From Candidatus Woesearchaeota archaeon (GTDB lineage: Archaea > Nanobdellota > Nanobdellia > Woesearchaeales > GW2011-AR9), in contig JAGVZN010000025.1 in assembly GCA_018302605.1 (NCBI GenBank), positions 2,693-66,692 of the forward strand: DNA of 64,000 nt. Reading direction: 5' to 3'. Both the position numbers and the translations under genes were made by a program. The notes below the pieces were generated by a model. That model was not told the DNA's origin. It made no database searches and saw only the letters and a list, made by a program, of their open reading frames with translations. Numbering within the stretch: the stretch's first letter is position 1; every line of letters begins with the position of its first letter. This document shows, in pieces, positions 37,648 through 46,610 of the stretch.

Positions 37648-37807
37648 CCCGCACCTCAACCGGTTTCAACAGTGCTTTTCTTAATACTTTGATCTTCAAT
37701 TCTACCAGTGTGCCAGGAGATAAATCTCCTTCCAGAATTTTGGGAAGCACGATTATTCCCTGCTTCCCGTGTTTCGCTACTTGTTTAGTAAGAGTAAATT
37801 CGACCAT
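37640..37807 (-). CDS. AbrB/MazE/SpoVT-like small DNA-binding protein (55 aa), not in the ORF track
   Basis: My translation is MVEFTLTKQVAKHGKQGIIVLPKILEGDLSPGTLVELKIKVLRKALLKPVEVRDE. Its stop overlaps the GHKL start (ATGAGTGA), which suggests translational coupling. Confidence 0.45.
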   Translation of the reverse strand: MVEFTLTKQVAKHGKQGIIVLPKILEGDLSPGTLVELKIKVLRKALLKPVEVRDE

Positions 37808-37939
37808 GGATGTATCACCGATGTATCTTTATGATCCGCCGATACAGCTCAAGAACACCGTTTATTGATAAACTTTTCGGTTAATTTGTTTCTTGGCAGT
37901 AGTTAAAAATCAAATAAACATGGAGGTCGCCCGCGCCTA

Positions 37940-38764
37940 CTAAAACTTTACTTTTAGCACTTTCTCTTTTCCTGCCTGCGCGACCAGAAGATCATAGATT
38001 GCCAGATAGGGCAGGACTAAAGAAACACTGCTGGCATACAGTCCTGCTCCACCGATCGGGAGAATCACTTTTTGCCCGGCCAAAGCCGGATCATCGTCGA
38101 TAAACAGCCGGGTAAGATCCGCCAACTCGGCGCTGGTCGGAAAAGGAGTTCGTGTGGCTGCTTCCATCGAAGAAGGAGTATATTCCTCTAGCATCGTTGG
38201 GGAGAGGGGAACAGTATTTCCTGCACTTTTCTCGCTGGAAATGCTACTGTCCTTTTCTCTGACCTGAGAAAAAAGTACCTGAGAAAAAACTTTTTGCCTT
38301 ATTTCTTCGGAAAGAATTTTTCCTTGGGAAAAAATATAGCCGCAGCGTTGCGTCCCTTCCTGAAAATATCGAGCATGAATTATTTTTTCTAATGAGTCCT
38401 GTTGTCGGGAAGATAAATATCGTTGTTGGGAAGAAGCTTGTCCTTCACGGCCAAGAATCGCTTGGTCAATGCGGAAATCATATTCAAAATCTGCTTCCGC
38501 CAATTGCGCAAACACCCAATCCCAGCGTCCTTTTAATTCATGGAGTGTATTTCTCCAGCCTTCATCTTCATCGCGGTATGTGCAAATGTGAAGCTGCCGG
38601 GAAGTACTTTTTGTCCCGACGAGTGCTTTTAAAGGATGCAGATGGGGACATTCCAAATTTTCCCGCGCGCCGCAGAGTTGTCTTTTGCCAAAAGGAAGCT
38701 GATACGTTCCTTCATTCTCCAGGCAGAATTCCCATTCTTGTGGCGCAATCGTTTTTTTGCTCAT
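37940..38764 (-). CDS. hypothetical protein (274 aa)
   Basis: ORF only. The N-terminus is Cys/His-containing and the centre is S/Q-rich. Confidence 0.5.
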   Translation of the reverse strand: MSKKTIAPQEWEFCLENEGTYQLPFGKRQLCGARENLECPHLHPLKALVGTKSTSRQLHICTYRDEDEGWRNTLHELKGRWDWVFAQLAEADFEYDFRIDQAILGREGQASSQQRYLSSRQQDSLEKIIHARYFQEGTQRCGYIFSQGKILSEEIRQKVFSQVLFSQVREKDSSISSEKSAGNTVPLSPTMLEEYTPSSMEAATRTPFPTSAELADLTRLFIDDDPALAGQKVILPIGGAGLYASSVSLVLPYLAIYDLLVAQAGKEKVLKVKF

Positions 38765-38769
38765 GTGTT

Positions 38770-39060
38770 AAAACGCGGAGTATTCCACCACTCTCCACAG
38801 TGAAAAGAATATTTCACTGGGACACTAATGAAGTCGTTGCTTCATTAAGTGTTTCGAGTGGTGGTTTGCAAGCAAACCACTTATTTATCAGTGGAATACT
38901 TGCGTGCAAGAAATGAGAAAACGATCTCATTTCTGCACAGAAAACAAATCGTTGTTTGTTTTCTTGTGCTCAAAATTAGGCAGGGGTGAGCGAAGCGAAC
39001 ATGCCACCGGTCTATTTGACCGGTGGTCCCCTGCCTATTTTGACAAGAAAGAGTACTATC
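38770..39060. repeat. array of 5-6 intergenic hairpin modules (family D/E mosaic, copy 3)
   Basis: It shares ATCTCATTTCTGCACAGAAA with 39681-39869, and shares CCACAG-hairpin-TGGGAC..AATGAAG..TTGCTTCATT with 44786-44838. Confidence 0.5.
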
Positions 39061-39082
39061 TTTCTTTGTGTACTATTGATTA

Positions 39083-39349
39083 TCAATGAACCCCATACGA
39101 TCTCTCTTCAAGAAGAAGAATATCTCCGTTGGGGATATACAAGCAGGATTGCTGTTCTGTGAGCAGGTACTTCCTGAATCCAAAATACGAAAGCGGTTCT
39201 CCTTTTTCAGTATCTTCTCCGGCATCATTTCCCGCATCATTTCCAGAATCGAGATATAGCATACCTCCTTGCGCAGCGATAGTTCCTTCGAGAGTTTGTT
39301 GTTGATGGCTTTCCCTTTCTTCCCGACGAGAACGATCAGATAGGCCCAT
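39083..39349 (-). CDS. hypothetical protein (88 aa), low confidence
   Basis: It starts 4 nt after the stop of 39353-39655. It competes with the overlapping ORF 39073-39549. Confidence 0.3.
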   Translation of the reverse strand: MGLSDRSRREERESHQQQTLEGTIAAQGGMLYLDSGNDAGNDAGEDTEKGEPLSYFGFRKYLLTEQQSCLYIPNGDILLLEERSYGVH

Positions 39350-39352
39350 AGT

Positions 39353-39655
39353 TCACCGATGATTATAGACCTCTTTTTTCGTGAGATCTTTGAGATATGA
39401 GGCGGGCATTTGGCTTTGTTTGTCGGGATTATTTCTCCAAAAAGAATTGAAAGCGTCTGCATGACAGCATAAAAATTCATCGATGGCCTTTTCCATATCG
39501 CCGCCCAGCTCTTCGGCAATGATCTGGACCAGCTGGAATTGAGCGACAAAATAATCGTGCTGTGGAAAAACAGAGCAAGGTTCTTGATCTTTAAGCATTG
39601 CTGACGCAGAAAGAATTATTTTTCTTTGATATGCGTCATATATTCCGCTGATCAT
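39353..39655 (-). CDS. hypothetical protein (100 aa)
   Basis: ORF only. Confidence 0.4.
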   Translation of the reverse strand: MISGIYDAYQRKIILSASAMLKDQEPCSVFPQHDYFVAQFQLVQIIAEELGGDMEKAIDEFLCCHADAFNSFWRNNPDKQSQMPASYLKDLTKKEVYNHR

Positions 39656-39680
39656 GCGCTGACATTACCTTGTTTCTTTC

Positions 39681-39869
39681 TTTAGAGATGTTTGAAAAAG
39701 AGTAATTTTGGCAAATAGGTTGTTTATTTCTAGCCAAAATTACGACCACCAGAAATAGAACAGAGATTCTATTTCTGTGCAGAAATGAGATAGTTGTTTC
39801 ATCTCTTGCATTTCAAATTCTCTGGAGAAGTTTGGAGATCAATAATTGAATTATTCAAACTTCTCTTTA
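39681..39869 (-). repeat. mosaic hairpin element, family D copy 2 (four hairpin modules)
   Basis: It is the reverse complement of 6930-7057 with two extra hairpins inserted between the shared modules. Similar 13-mers flank it: CCTTGTTTCTTTC and CCTTGCGTCTTTC. Confidence 0.6.
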
Positions 39870-39883
39870 CCTTGCGTCTTTCT

Positions 39884-40753
39884 TTATTTCGTGTCTCGCC
39901 GCGGGCTGCTTCCTTCTTCTTCTGGCACACGGTAAAACGGTGAGTGCGCCGGCTCTTTCTGGTTAATTCTCCAGACGTCTTCTAATTCAGACATTTCCGT
40001 TGCCAGGCCAAATCCTCCGCAAATGCCCATTGCATGCGGCATACATATCCGGATCTGCCCAACGAGATAGATCCTTCCATCATCCTCTTTAACAAAGACC
40101 GGACTGCCGCTGTGCCCCGGCTGGACGGTGATATCAAGCATAGTATAATAGTGGCCGTCTAATTCCACCTGCGGGTTAAAGACGATACCTTTGGTCACGC
40201 CTCTCTCAAACGCAAGAGGCACGCCGAGGACGTACACATCATCGGCCAGATGTTCCTGCAATGATGAAACTTCATAGGCACGAGAGACATACAATGGTGT
40301 TTCAGCGCGCAAGACAACCGTGTCTAAACTTTGATCTTCACGGATCAGTTCCAGCAGGATGTCATCAGCGGAATTGGAGTCATACTTGCTGTCGACGATA
40401 GCGATCTCTTGTTCTATCTTTTTCCAGACTTTTGCCGGCATCGCGCTAAAGAAATCAACCCTGCTGATCTCATCGGGAAGGTTGACCACGTGATGGTTGG
40501 TGGTGACATAGGACCAGCCGGCCTCTTGTTTATATGCCAGCCCAGACCCAAACTGGGCGGTGGTAAAGGTATCCCCGTTCTCATCTTGATACTTCCCTTT
40601 GCTCCGTACGCAGACAATGGATTTAAAAATATCCTCCAGCGGATCGCTCTGCACGCATTGCTGTTGAGATTCGACGGGATAGCAGACACTAGAACAGCCG
40701 GGTGCGGAGATGATAGTCGCTGCAGCAACGATTGCCGTCAGTAGCTTTTTCAT
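39884..40753 (-). CDS. trypsin-like (S1/Trypsin_2) serine protease lipoprotein
   Basis: Lipobox IISAPGC after ATG 40753. Catalytic His (TTNHHV), Asp (DTVVLR) and Ser (GHSGSPVF) are present. Confidence 0.7.
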   Translation of the reverse strand: MKKLLTAIVAAATIISAPGCSSVCYPVESQQQCVQSDPLEDIFKSIVCVRSKGKYQDENGDTFTTAQFGSGLAYKQEAGWSYVTTNHHVVNLPDEISRVDFFSAMPAKVWKKIEQEIAIVDSKYDSNSADDILLELIREDQSLDTVVLRAETPLYVSRAYEVSSLQEHLADDVYVLGVPLAFERGVTKGIVFNPQVELDGHYYTMLDITVQPGHSGSPVFVKEDDGRIYLVGQIRICMPHAMGICGGFGLATEMSELEDVWRINQKEPAHSPFYRVPEEEGSSPRRDTK

Positions 40754-40885
40754 GGGAAATACCTCTTTTCTGCCTATGCTGATCAGCACGAGCAATTATT
40801 ATTCTCTGGAATGTATTTCCCGTTCAATAAGTTTTTTTACATCGGTCTGCCCTTTTTCTTGGACACGTATTTAGTTTGCTTGAGC

Positions 40886-42112
40886 TTATTTTTGGGAAAC
40901 GACAGTTCTACTGCAACGCGAAGGATCAACATAGGCGTGTTCAAAACGCTCGGCAAGGCGGACAATATCGCCATCCCTCTTTGAGGTAATTTCCACGGTC
41001 CAAAAACCCATCATATTATCTAAATTTCTAACCTCATGAAACTCATCCGCTAATTTCATTGTCCCTGCCTGGAAAACGTAGACATTACGCAGAAGGTTCA
41101 TATCCGCTTTATGATAATGGCCGATTTGAAGGATATGCGGCTTTATTCTCCTGCCGTTAGGGTTGGTCATGTTCTCAAAAGAATATAAAAGCATCGTCAG
41201 ATTCTTGATGATTTGCTGTGGCTTGTAAGATAATGTCCGTGCAGAACCATCTCCGGGATGTAGCATCATCATGATTGTATTACGTTGTTCTGGTGGGAGA
41301 TGATCAGGCCCGATTCTTACTGCCCCAACCCGGCCGCTACCAAGTTTTTTACTTTCCAAAATTCGAGCAAGATGCTCCGGGTCATAGTCATCTCTCCCAA
41401 AAACATCTTCTATGCTCTCGCTTTTAAGATATTTCATATCTCCTCGGGCAGATGCTATATGACGACAGATGTCTACTCCGGCGTTTGTTTGAAAGAAATG
41501 GTCATGATTTCCCGCAATAAAAAAAGTCGTCACTCCTTCACGGCGAGGCCATTTAGTAATTACGCGTTCGTACTGGCCATCAAAGGTCTGGCATCCGTCA
41601 CGTAAATAAAGGTACATATCCCGATGAGCAAAAGCGCCATCTACCAGGTCTCCGGAGTGAAGAATGGTCTTTGCACCAATAGCGACTGCCCGATCGAACA
41701 TCTTTTCCAAGCCTTCGATATTATCATGTTTTGACCCAATGTGCGTATCGCTTACAAAAATGTGACGGGAAGTATAGGTCGGATCAATCGTGAGACGATA
41801 GCCTGGCGAAACTACTTTAATCTGTTCTGATCCATCTAAAACTAAACCTTCCATGCTTCTGACACTTACTTCTGCAGGACCTTTCTTTTTGCCGTTGGAC
41901 AATGCTTCTTCAATTCCGTCATAGATTATTTGGTATAACGCCTGAGTATCTTTGGGAGATAACCCACTATGACCACAGAGAGCAAGCAGATCTGAAGGCT
42001 GGCTAGCTTCTAGGTCATTGAGAATTATTCCTTTGAGAAATGCTTTTAATTCAGCGGGTTTTTTCCCCGATTTTATTAATTTTTGATCCAAACTGCGTTC
42101 ATCTATTTCCAT
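40886..42112 (-). CDS. calcineurin-like metallophosphoesterase with an N-terminal ~120-aa helical domain
   Basis: All motifs are intact: VSDTHIG, HSGDLVDG, AGNHDH, LHPGDG, IGHYH. Confidence 0.75.
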   Translation of the reverse strand: MEIDERSLDQKLIKSGKKPAELKAFLKGIILNDLEASQPSDLLALCGHSGLSPKDTQALYQIIYDGIEEALSNGKKKGPAEVSVRSMEGLVLDGSEQIKVVSPGYRLTIDPTYTSRHIFVSDTHIGSKHDNIEGLEKMFDRAVAIGAKTILHSGDLVDGAFAHRDMYLYLRDGCQTFDGQYERVITKWPRREGVTTFFIAGNHDHFFQTNAGVDICRHIASARGDMKYLKSESIEDVFGRDDYDPEHLARILESKKLGSGRVGAVRIGPDHLPPEQRNTIMMMLHPGDGSARTLSYKPQQIIKNLTMLLYSFENMTNPNGRRIKPHILQIGHYHKADMNLLRNVYVFQAGTMKLADEFHEVRNLDNMMGFWTVEITSKRDGDIVRLAERFEHAYVDPSRCSRTVVSQK

Positions 42113-42145
42113 TTTTAAGTACCCCCCATTTTCCGATTAAAAAGA

Positions 42146-43168
42146 TTATTTCTCTTTCGGTTTGGTCATGCTTCGTTTCCAGACGGGAAATGTCTCGACA
42201 TACGTCCAAATCTTCTCCTCTTCCGGAATAACATTGAGGATCATAAAGCCAACATTGCAGCTATATGCTCGATCTCGCATCTTAAGCGTCTGATGTTGCA
42301 GCCCGGGGAGTTTAAGAGCTTCTACGTCCTGATAACGGCTGTACCATAACTGCTGGGTGCCACTGACAAGCCAGATATTTGGTTTGTCGCCGCCGGTCAT
42401 CGCCTCTAATTTCTTTTGAGGTTGATATGATACACCGTAAGTATAATAGGGCCGCTCATTATAGATGCGAATCGTAAACGATTTCTTCCCATCTGGATTA
42501 AAAACGAGATCTGTTTCAACGACACCAAGATAATTAAAATCATTTTGTGCTTCACCAATATCATGCGCAGGGTTAATCTGACCAACTTCAAATGTTGCAT
42601 CAGCATGACCGAGAATAAAATGGGTTGTGATTCCCGTATTCTTTGGGAAATGATCTTTTAGTAATTCTATTTGCTCTTCTAATTCTACAGTTAATCTGTC
42701 AGCCTGGCGGTATCGCTTATCTGATTTCCCTGCCAAAACATTTCCACAATGGAGAACGTGTTCAATGCCTTGATCTGAGAAATAACGATAAGCGGCTCGG
42801 ATGACGCCGTGGTCAGTTGTAGGCGAGCCATAATGGGTATCGCTAACGATTCCAATGCGCAGGCCAATTTTTTCCTCGCCCATGACCATTACTTTTCCCA
42901 GCGGAAAGAGATCTTCATGTGTCCACTTAGTAACATCGATGCTTTCTCTGGTTAAAATCCGGTTATTATGGACATAAATATTCGCTCCCCACAGGGGGAT
43001 GTTTTCCAATAGTACCAGTGCTTCTTGCGGTGACAGCTCGACCATATCTGAAAAATGGCTAAGGAGCATTCCCTTTTCATGCATTGTTGCTTTCTTGAGT
43101 CTACTCAGAATCGCTCTTCTCCCACTACGCCAAATTTCTCTCATTCTCTTCTCTTGTACTGCATCCAT
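42146..43168 (-). CDS. metallophosphoesterase paralogue with degenerate metal-binding motifs
   Basis: IVSDTHYG is retained, but GD is replaced (HCGNVLAG) and GNHD is replaced (ILGHAD). It shares the SY(K/Q)PQ segment with the 40886-42112 product. Confidence 0.65.
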   Translation of the reverse strand: MDAVQEKRMREIWRSGRRAILSRLKKATMHEKGMLLSHFSDMVELSPQEALVLLENIPLWGANIYVHNNRILTRESIDVTKWTHEDLFPLGKVMVMGEEKIGLRIGIVSDTHYGSPTTDHGVIRAAYRYFSDQGIEHVLHCGNVLAGKSDKRYRQADRLTVELEEQIELLKDHFPKNTGITTHFILGHADATFEVGQINPAHDIGEAQNDFNYLGVVETDLVFNPDGKKSFTIRIYNERPYYTYGVSYQPQKKLEAMTGGDKPNIWLVSGTQQLWYSRYQDVEALKLPGLQHQTLKMRDRAYSCNVGFMILNVIPEEEKIWTYVETFPVWKRSMTKPKEK

Positions 43169-43262
43169 TATTTCCTCCCCCCTGTCTGTTATTCTTTACT
43201 TTGATGTTTTTATGAAACATTTCTCTTTTTCTTACTTTTTTTTTAAAACAACATGTTTTAAT

Positions 43263-44024
43263 CTACAAATAATCATCCGCTAACGGCGTGTCGGTAAGGA
43301 AAGCGCGGATCGTCCCTGCTTCGATAATCCCTCCCAGCCCGCGCAGTTCTTTCGCATTATCCTCATAGCGAAAATTGATCTCTCCGGCATAGAACGGAAC
43401 GCCTTTCTGGAAAATGTAAAATCCGCCGCCGGAATAACCTTGATTGATGTCTCCGCCAACAATCTGATGAGAAATCCCAACCTCTTTTTCTCCGGCGACC
43501 CGGCCGAAGAAAAGAGTCCTTCTCTCAAAGACCGTAAAACCGACCCCCGCACCCAAATAGCCCGGCAAGAGGAGCGAGGCAATCTTGCCCGGGAACGCCG
43601 AACCATATCCTCCGTTGAGCTTGAGCAAAGCCAGATCACTGTCGGCATCAATTTTGAATATCTCCGGTAGAAGATCATACACTTCCGGACATACTTCCAC
43701 TGCTAAAGAGGAACTGCGGAGGTTGTGGAGCGCCGTCAGGACATAATTATCCCCTGTTTGATGATCCTCTAATAATGTTCCGGAACCAAAACCATCATCA
43801 TTTAAGATGCGAACCGACGAAGAGAGCAGCATTTCAATTGTCTTTCTGTTGAGATGAAAATCAGTATAATCAAAATTATCGAAATCTTTCCTGCTCTCCG
43901 CACGAACCGGTGAAGTCTGCTCAGCAGGGTTGACTAATTCAGAAATTGTTCCAGAGGGAGAAGGAGAACAAAAAGACATCGAGAGAGACAACAGAAAGGG
44001 CGCAATCGTCCTCCTGAATTTCAT
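43263..44024 (-). CDS. trypsin-like serine protease, lipoprotein-like signal
   Basis: MKFRRTIAPFLLSLSMSFC signal from ATG 44024. His (LTALHN), Asp (DLALLK) and Ser (GYSGGG) are present. The track start is 44060. Confidence 0.7.
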   Translation of the reverse strand: MKFRRTIAPFLLSLSMSFCSPSPSGTISELVNPAEQTSPVRAESRKDFDNFDYTDFHLNRKTIEMLLSSSVRILNDDGFGSGTLLEDHQTGDNYVLTALHNLRSSSLAVEVCPEVYDLLPEIFKIDADSDLALLKLNGGYGSAFPGKIASLLLPGYLGAGVGFTVFERRTLFFGRVAGEKEVGISHQIVGGDINQGYSGGGFYIFQKGVPFYAGEINFRYEDNAKELRGLGGIIEAGTIRAFLTDTPLADDYL

Positions 44025-44040
44025 CTCGTAGCAAACCTCC

Positions 44041-44379
44041 TCATGATATTTCTCCAACAATCACCGGTGCTTTTTCAATCTTTCCTTTATCTTCCGAGGG
44101 ATTACTTTTCCTCAGCTGATTGATGTAGCCGACGATTTCTTTAACGTTATCTGATGCAAAGACCACTTTGGCATTTTTAGGAAGCGGGCTATGCCGGCAA
44201 TTCTTGCAGACAAAGCGGCTGACGGCCGTGCTGATCTGCAGATAATTACAATGCGGACAATGGGCCAGCGCAAGCTGCTTGCTTCCTTTACACCCATAGC
44301 AGATTTTACTATAGCGATGGATCGTCTGGAAATACGAATCACATTTAGTACAGCGCCTTATCTTTGGAGATAATTGCAT
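44041..44379 (-). CDS. double zinc-ribbon protein (112 aa)
   Basis: Four CxxC pairs: CTKC..CYGC and CPHC..CKNC. Confidence 0.5.
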   Translation of the reverse strand: MQLSPKIRRCTKCDSYFQTIHRYSKICYGCKGSKQLALAHCPHCNYLQISTAVSRFVCKNCRHSPLPKNAKVVFASDNVKEIVGYINQLRKSNPSEDKGKIEKAPVIVGEIS

Positions 44380-44765
44380 TGGTTACACAGATGGGTGGTT
44401 ATTGCTCGTTTGATATAATATGACCCGTCGAAGTTGACGCCCAGGACATTGTCATTGTGTTCTTTCATCTGGATATTGCAATGCGGACAAAAAGCATCTT
44501 TCATTTCTTTTCTCTTTCCTTTTGCCGAGAGATAAGAATGGTAGAGCGAATGTCGAATGTGCATGGGCTTATTTTTGGAAAATACTGCTGTTTTCACATC
44601 ATCCACCCCCCTTATCAGTTCATCTATAGTAATAAACGAATATGTTTCTAAAAAGTGATTGAAGATATATTCTTTCTGTATATGAAGTATATTCTTCTTT
44701 GGAAATTCCTCTTTTGAAAAAGGCACGTACTTCTTTCTTTTATGCAAAAATAGCCAGAAAACCAT
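44358..44765 (-). CDS. zinc-ribbon protein (up to 135 aa, start uncertain)
   Basis: C-terminal CPHC...CNQC. The annotated ATG lies inside an upstream hairpin, so a later start (for example M68) is possible. Confidence 0.4.
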   Translation of the reverse strand: MVFWLFLHKRKKYVPFSKEEFPKKNILHIQKEYIFNHFLETYSFITIDELIRGVDDVKTAVFSKNKPMHIRHSLYHSYLSAKGKRKEMKDAFCPHCNIQMKEHNDNVLGVNFDGSYYIKRAITTHLCNQCNYLQR

Positions 44766-44875
44766 TGACTTTAGTCAATGGATGTCCACAGCAAAGCTAC
44801 GACTTTGCTGGGACGCCAATGAAGCCTTTGCTTCATTGACGGCTTCACGCATTTTTATGATTTTTTGGCTTAACA
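44766..44875. repeat. three tandem intergenic hairpins (family E modules)
   Basis: CATTGACTTTAGTCAATG, CAGCAAAG..CTTTGCTG and CAATGAAGCCTTTGCTTCATTG. The middle part is homologous to 38795-38848 with compensatory stem changes. Confidence 0.55.
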
Positions 44876-44909
44876 AATCTATCTTGAAAAACAGAAGTCG
44901 TTGACCGTT

Positions 44910-45071
44910 GGCTCCGGAGAAAAAGTCCCCTTGGCCATTGACCATGGCAAAAACCAGTCGTGTTCAGTGTTGCAGAACTCGCCATTCAAGCATATCGTTT
45001 TTGCACCTGTTCCAGGATACCGCTTCCCACGGTCAATCTTGAGACCAGGCAGACGACTTTTTCTCCTAAGC
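44910..45071 (-). mobile_element. MITE-like hairpin element, family A copy 3 (162 nt)
   Basis: The reverse complement aligns over its full length with 3632-3791 and 11819-11981. Confidence 0.7.
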
Positions 45072-45081
45072 ATTTATCATC

Positions 45082-45257
45082 GTACGTATTAAGTCTGTGC
45101 TTGGGCAGGTCGGCCTGCCTCGTCTCGCCCGGAAATGGTAATCAACTTCTCTCCAAAAATATTCTCGAAGATGAGCGAAACTCTGAATTTCTTGCTCAAA
45201 GCCAACGCTCGGCAGGCCATCTTGACCAAGCCCGCACAGACTTAACTTAATACGTAC
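45082..45257. mobile_element. MITE-like hairpin element, family B (176 nt)
   Basis: Terminal inverted repeat GTACGTATTAAGTCTGTGC / GCACAGACTTAACTTAATACGTAC. The 8-bp direct repeat TTATCATC sits at 45074-45081 and 45258-45265. Confidence 0.7.
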
Positions 45258-45301
45258 TTATCATCCTAACCTTTAAAAAGAAACAGCAATTCTTCAGAGT
45301 C

Positions 45302-46342
45302 ATGCTTACCGACAAACAAGTTGCTTTCCTGCGGGAAGAACTGGCACTGGCAAAGAATCCATTGTTCTTCTACGATGGCGATGCCGATGGTTTGACTGCT
45401 TTCCTCCTCTTGTATCGTCTCCATCGGGAAGGCAAAGGCTTTGCCCTCAGTACTACCTCTACTTTAGGCGAACAATTTCTGCGGAAGGTGGAGGAATTCA
45501 ACCCCGACAAGATTTTCGTTCTTGATATTCCGCTGGTAACCCAGGAATTCATCGATGGGGCAAAACGACCGATCTTCTGGATTGACCACCATCCCGTTCA
45601 AGACCGGACTGGAGTGCATTATTACAATCCCCGGATCAAAGAACCTTCGGCCTATATTCCGACGAGCAGGATGGCCTGGCAGGTCAGCGAACGGCCAGAA
45701 GACCTGTGGATTGCCGTGGCCGGCTCTTTGGCGGATTGGCATGCTCCTGATGAGTTGTTGGACCAATTTGTTCAGCGCTATCCTTTGCTGCTTCCAGAAA
45801 AAAGTGACTTGGCGACGATGATCTACACGCAGCCGGTGGGAAAATTGGTGAAATTTTTCTTTTTCATCCAAAAGGGGCCCTCTTCGGAAGTGCGTAAATC
45901 GATCAAAGTCCTGACAAGGATCAACGCGCCGGAAGAGATTTTTGAGCAACAGAATGCTGCCGGAAAATTCCTCTTTAAGCGCTTTGCGGCAATCAACCAG
46001 AAATATGAAGCAGTTTTGACTAAAGCCAAAAAAGTAGTGACGAGCAGCAAGATCATCCTCTATAAGTACACTGAAAATGAATGGTCATTTACCGTCAACC
46101 TGGCTAATGAATTGATGGCTTTCTATCCTGATAAATATGTGGTCATCGCTCGCCAAAAAAGCGGCGAGATGAAATGCAGCCTGCGCGGCAAGAACATCTT
46201 GTCTCTACTGCAGCGGGCACTCGTCGGAGTAAGTGGTTCTGGCGGGGGACATGACGATGCCTGTGGTGCCGTCATCAAAGAAGAGGATTGGGATATCTTT
46301 TTCCGAAATCTTAATGAAGCAGTAACGGCTTCCTCAATCTGA
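45302..46342 (+). CDS. DHH/DHHA1 phosphoesterase (RecJ/GAN- or NrnA-like)
   Basis: DGDADG, VLDIP, WIDHH and GGGHDDACGA motifs. Confidence 0.8.
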   Translation: MLTDKQVAFLREELALAKNPLFFYDGDADGLTAFLLLYRLHREGKGFALSTTSTLGEQFLRKVEEFNPDKIFVLDIPLVTQEFIDGAKRPIFWIDHHPVQDRTGVHYYNPRIKEPSAYIPTSRMAWQVSERPEDLWIAVAGSLADWHAPDELLDQFVQRYPLLLPEKSDLATMIYTQPVGKLVKFFFFIQKGPSSEVRKSIKVLTRINAPEEIFEQQNAAGKFLFKRFAAINQKYEAVLTKAKKVVTSSKIILYKYTENEWSFTVNLANELMAFYPDKYVVIARQKSGEMKCSLRGKNILSLLQRALVGVSGSGGGHDDACGAVIKEEDWDIFFRNLNEAVTASSI

Positions 46343-46343
46343 G

Positions 46344-46610
46344 ATGGCCTACCACTCTTTCCTTTTTCCTGTTCTGGTTGTGATCTTAGGGCCTTTTTGT
46401 GGATTCCTCCTTGCCCGGATCGCGGAAGAAGAACTTCTCCCCGCTCGGAAATATCTGATTCCCTTAGCCTGGATTTTGGGAGCGGGTGCTTTCCTGACGC
46501 TCGCTTTTCTCTTTTCTGATCCCAGTCTGTGGCCGGTTCTTGCTGTTGTCCTCTTTCTCTGGGGCATGAACTTTGGAGTTTTGTCTTATGAACATTGGTG
46601 GAAAAGATGA
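46344..46610 (+). CDS. small membrane protein (88 aa)
   Basis: Three hydrophobic helices. It starts 2 nt after the DHH stop. Confidence 0.45.
   Translation: MAYHSFLFPVLVVILGPFCGFLLARIAEEELLPARKYLIPLAWILGAGAFLTLAFLFSDPSLWPVLAVVLFLWGMNFGVLSYEHWWKR

Noticed and set aside
39073-39549. 158-aa ORF overlapping 39353-39655 and 39083-39349
   Set aside because: It overlaps two tandem ORFs that fit end to end. I kept those two at low confidence and cannot resolve the matter without comparative data.
38770-39869. CRISPR array hypothesis for the repeated hairpins
   Set aside because: There is no regularly spaced identical repeat of 24-40 nt with unique spacers. The repeats are heterogeneous palindromes and no cas genes are present.
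40886-43168. Metallophosphoesterase pair as DNA polymerase D small subunit (DP1) homologues
   Set aside because: They share only generic calcineurin-fold motifs (SDxHxGS, GDLVDG, GNHD). They lack the OB fold and the expected length, and no DP2 is adjacent.
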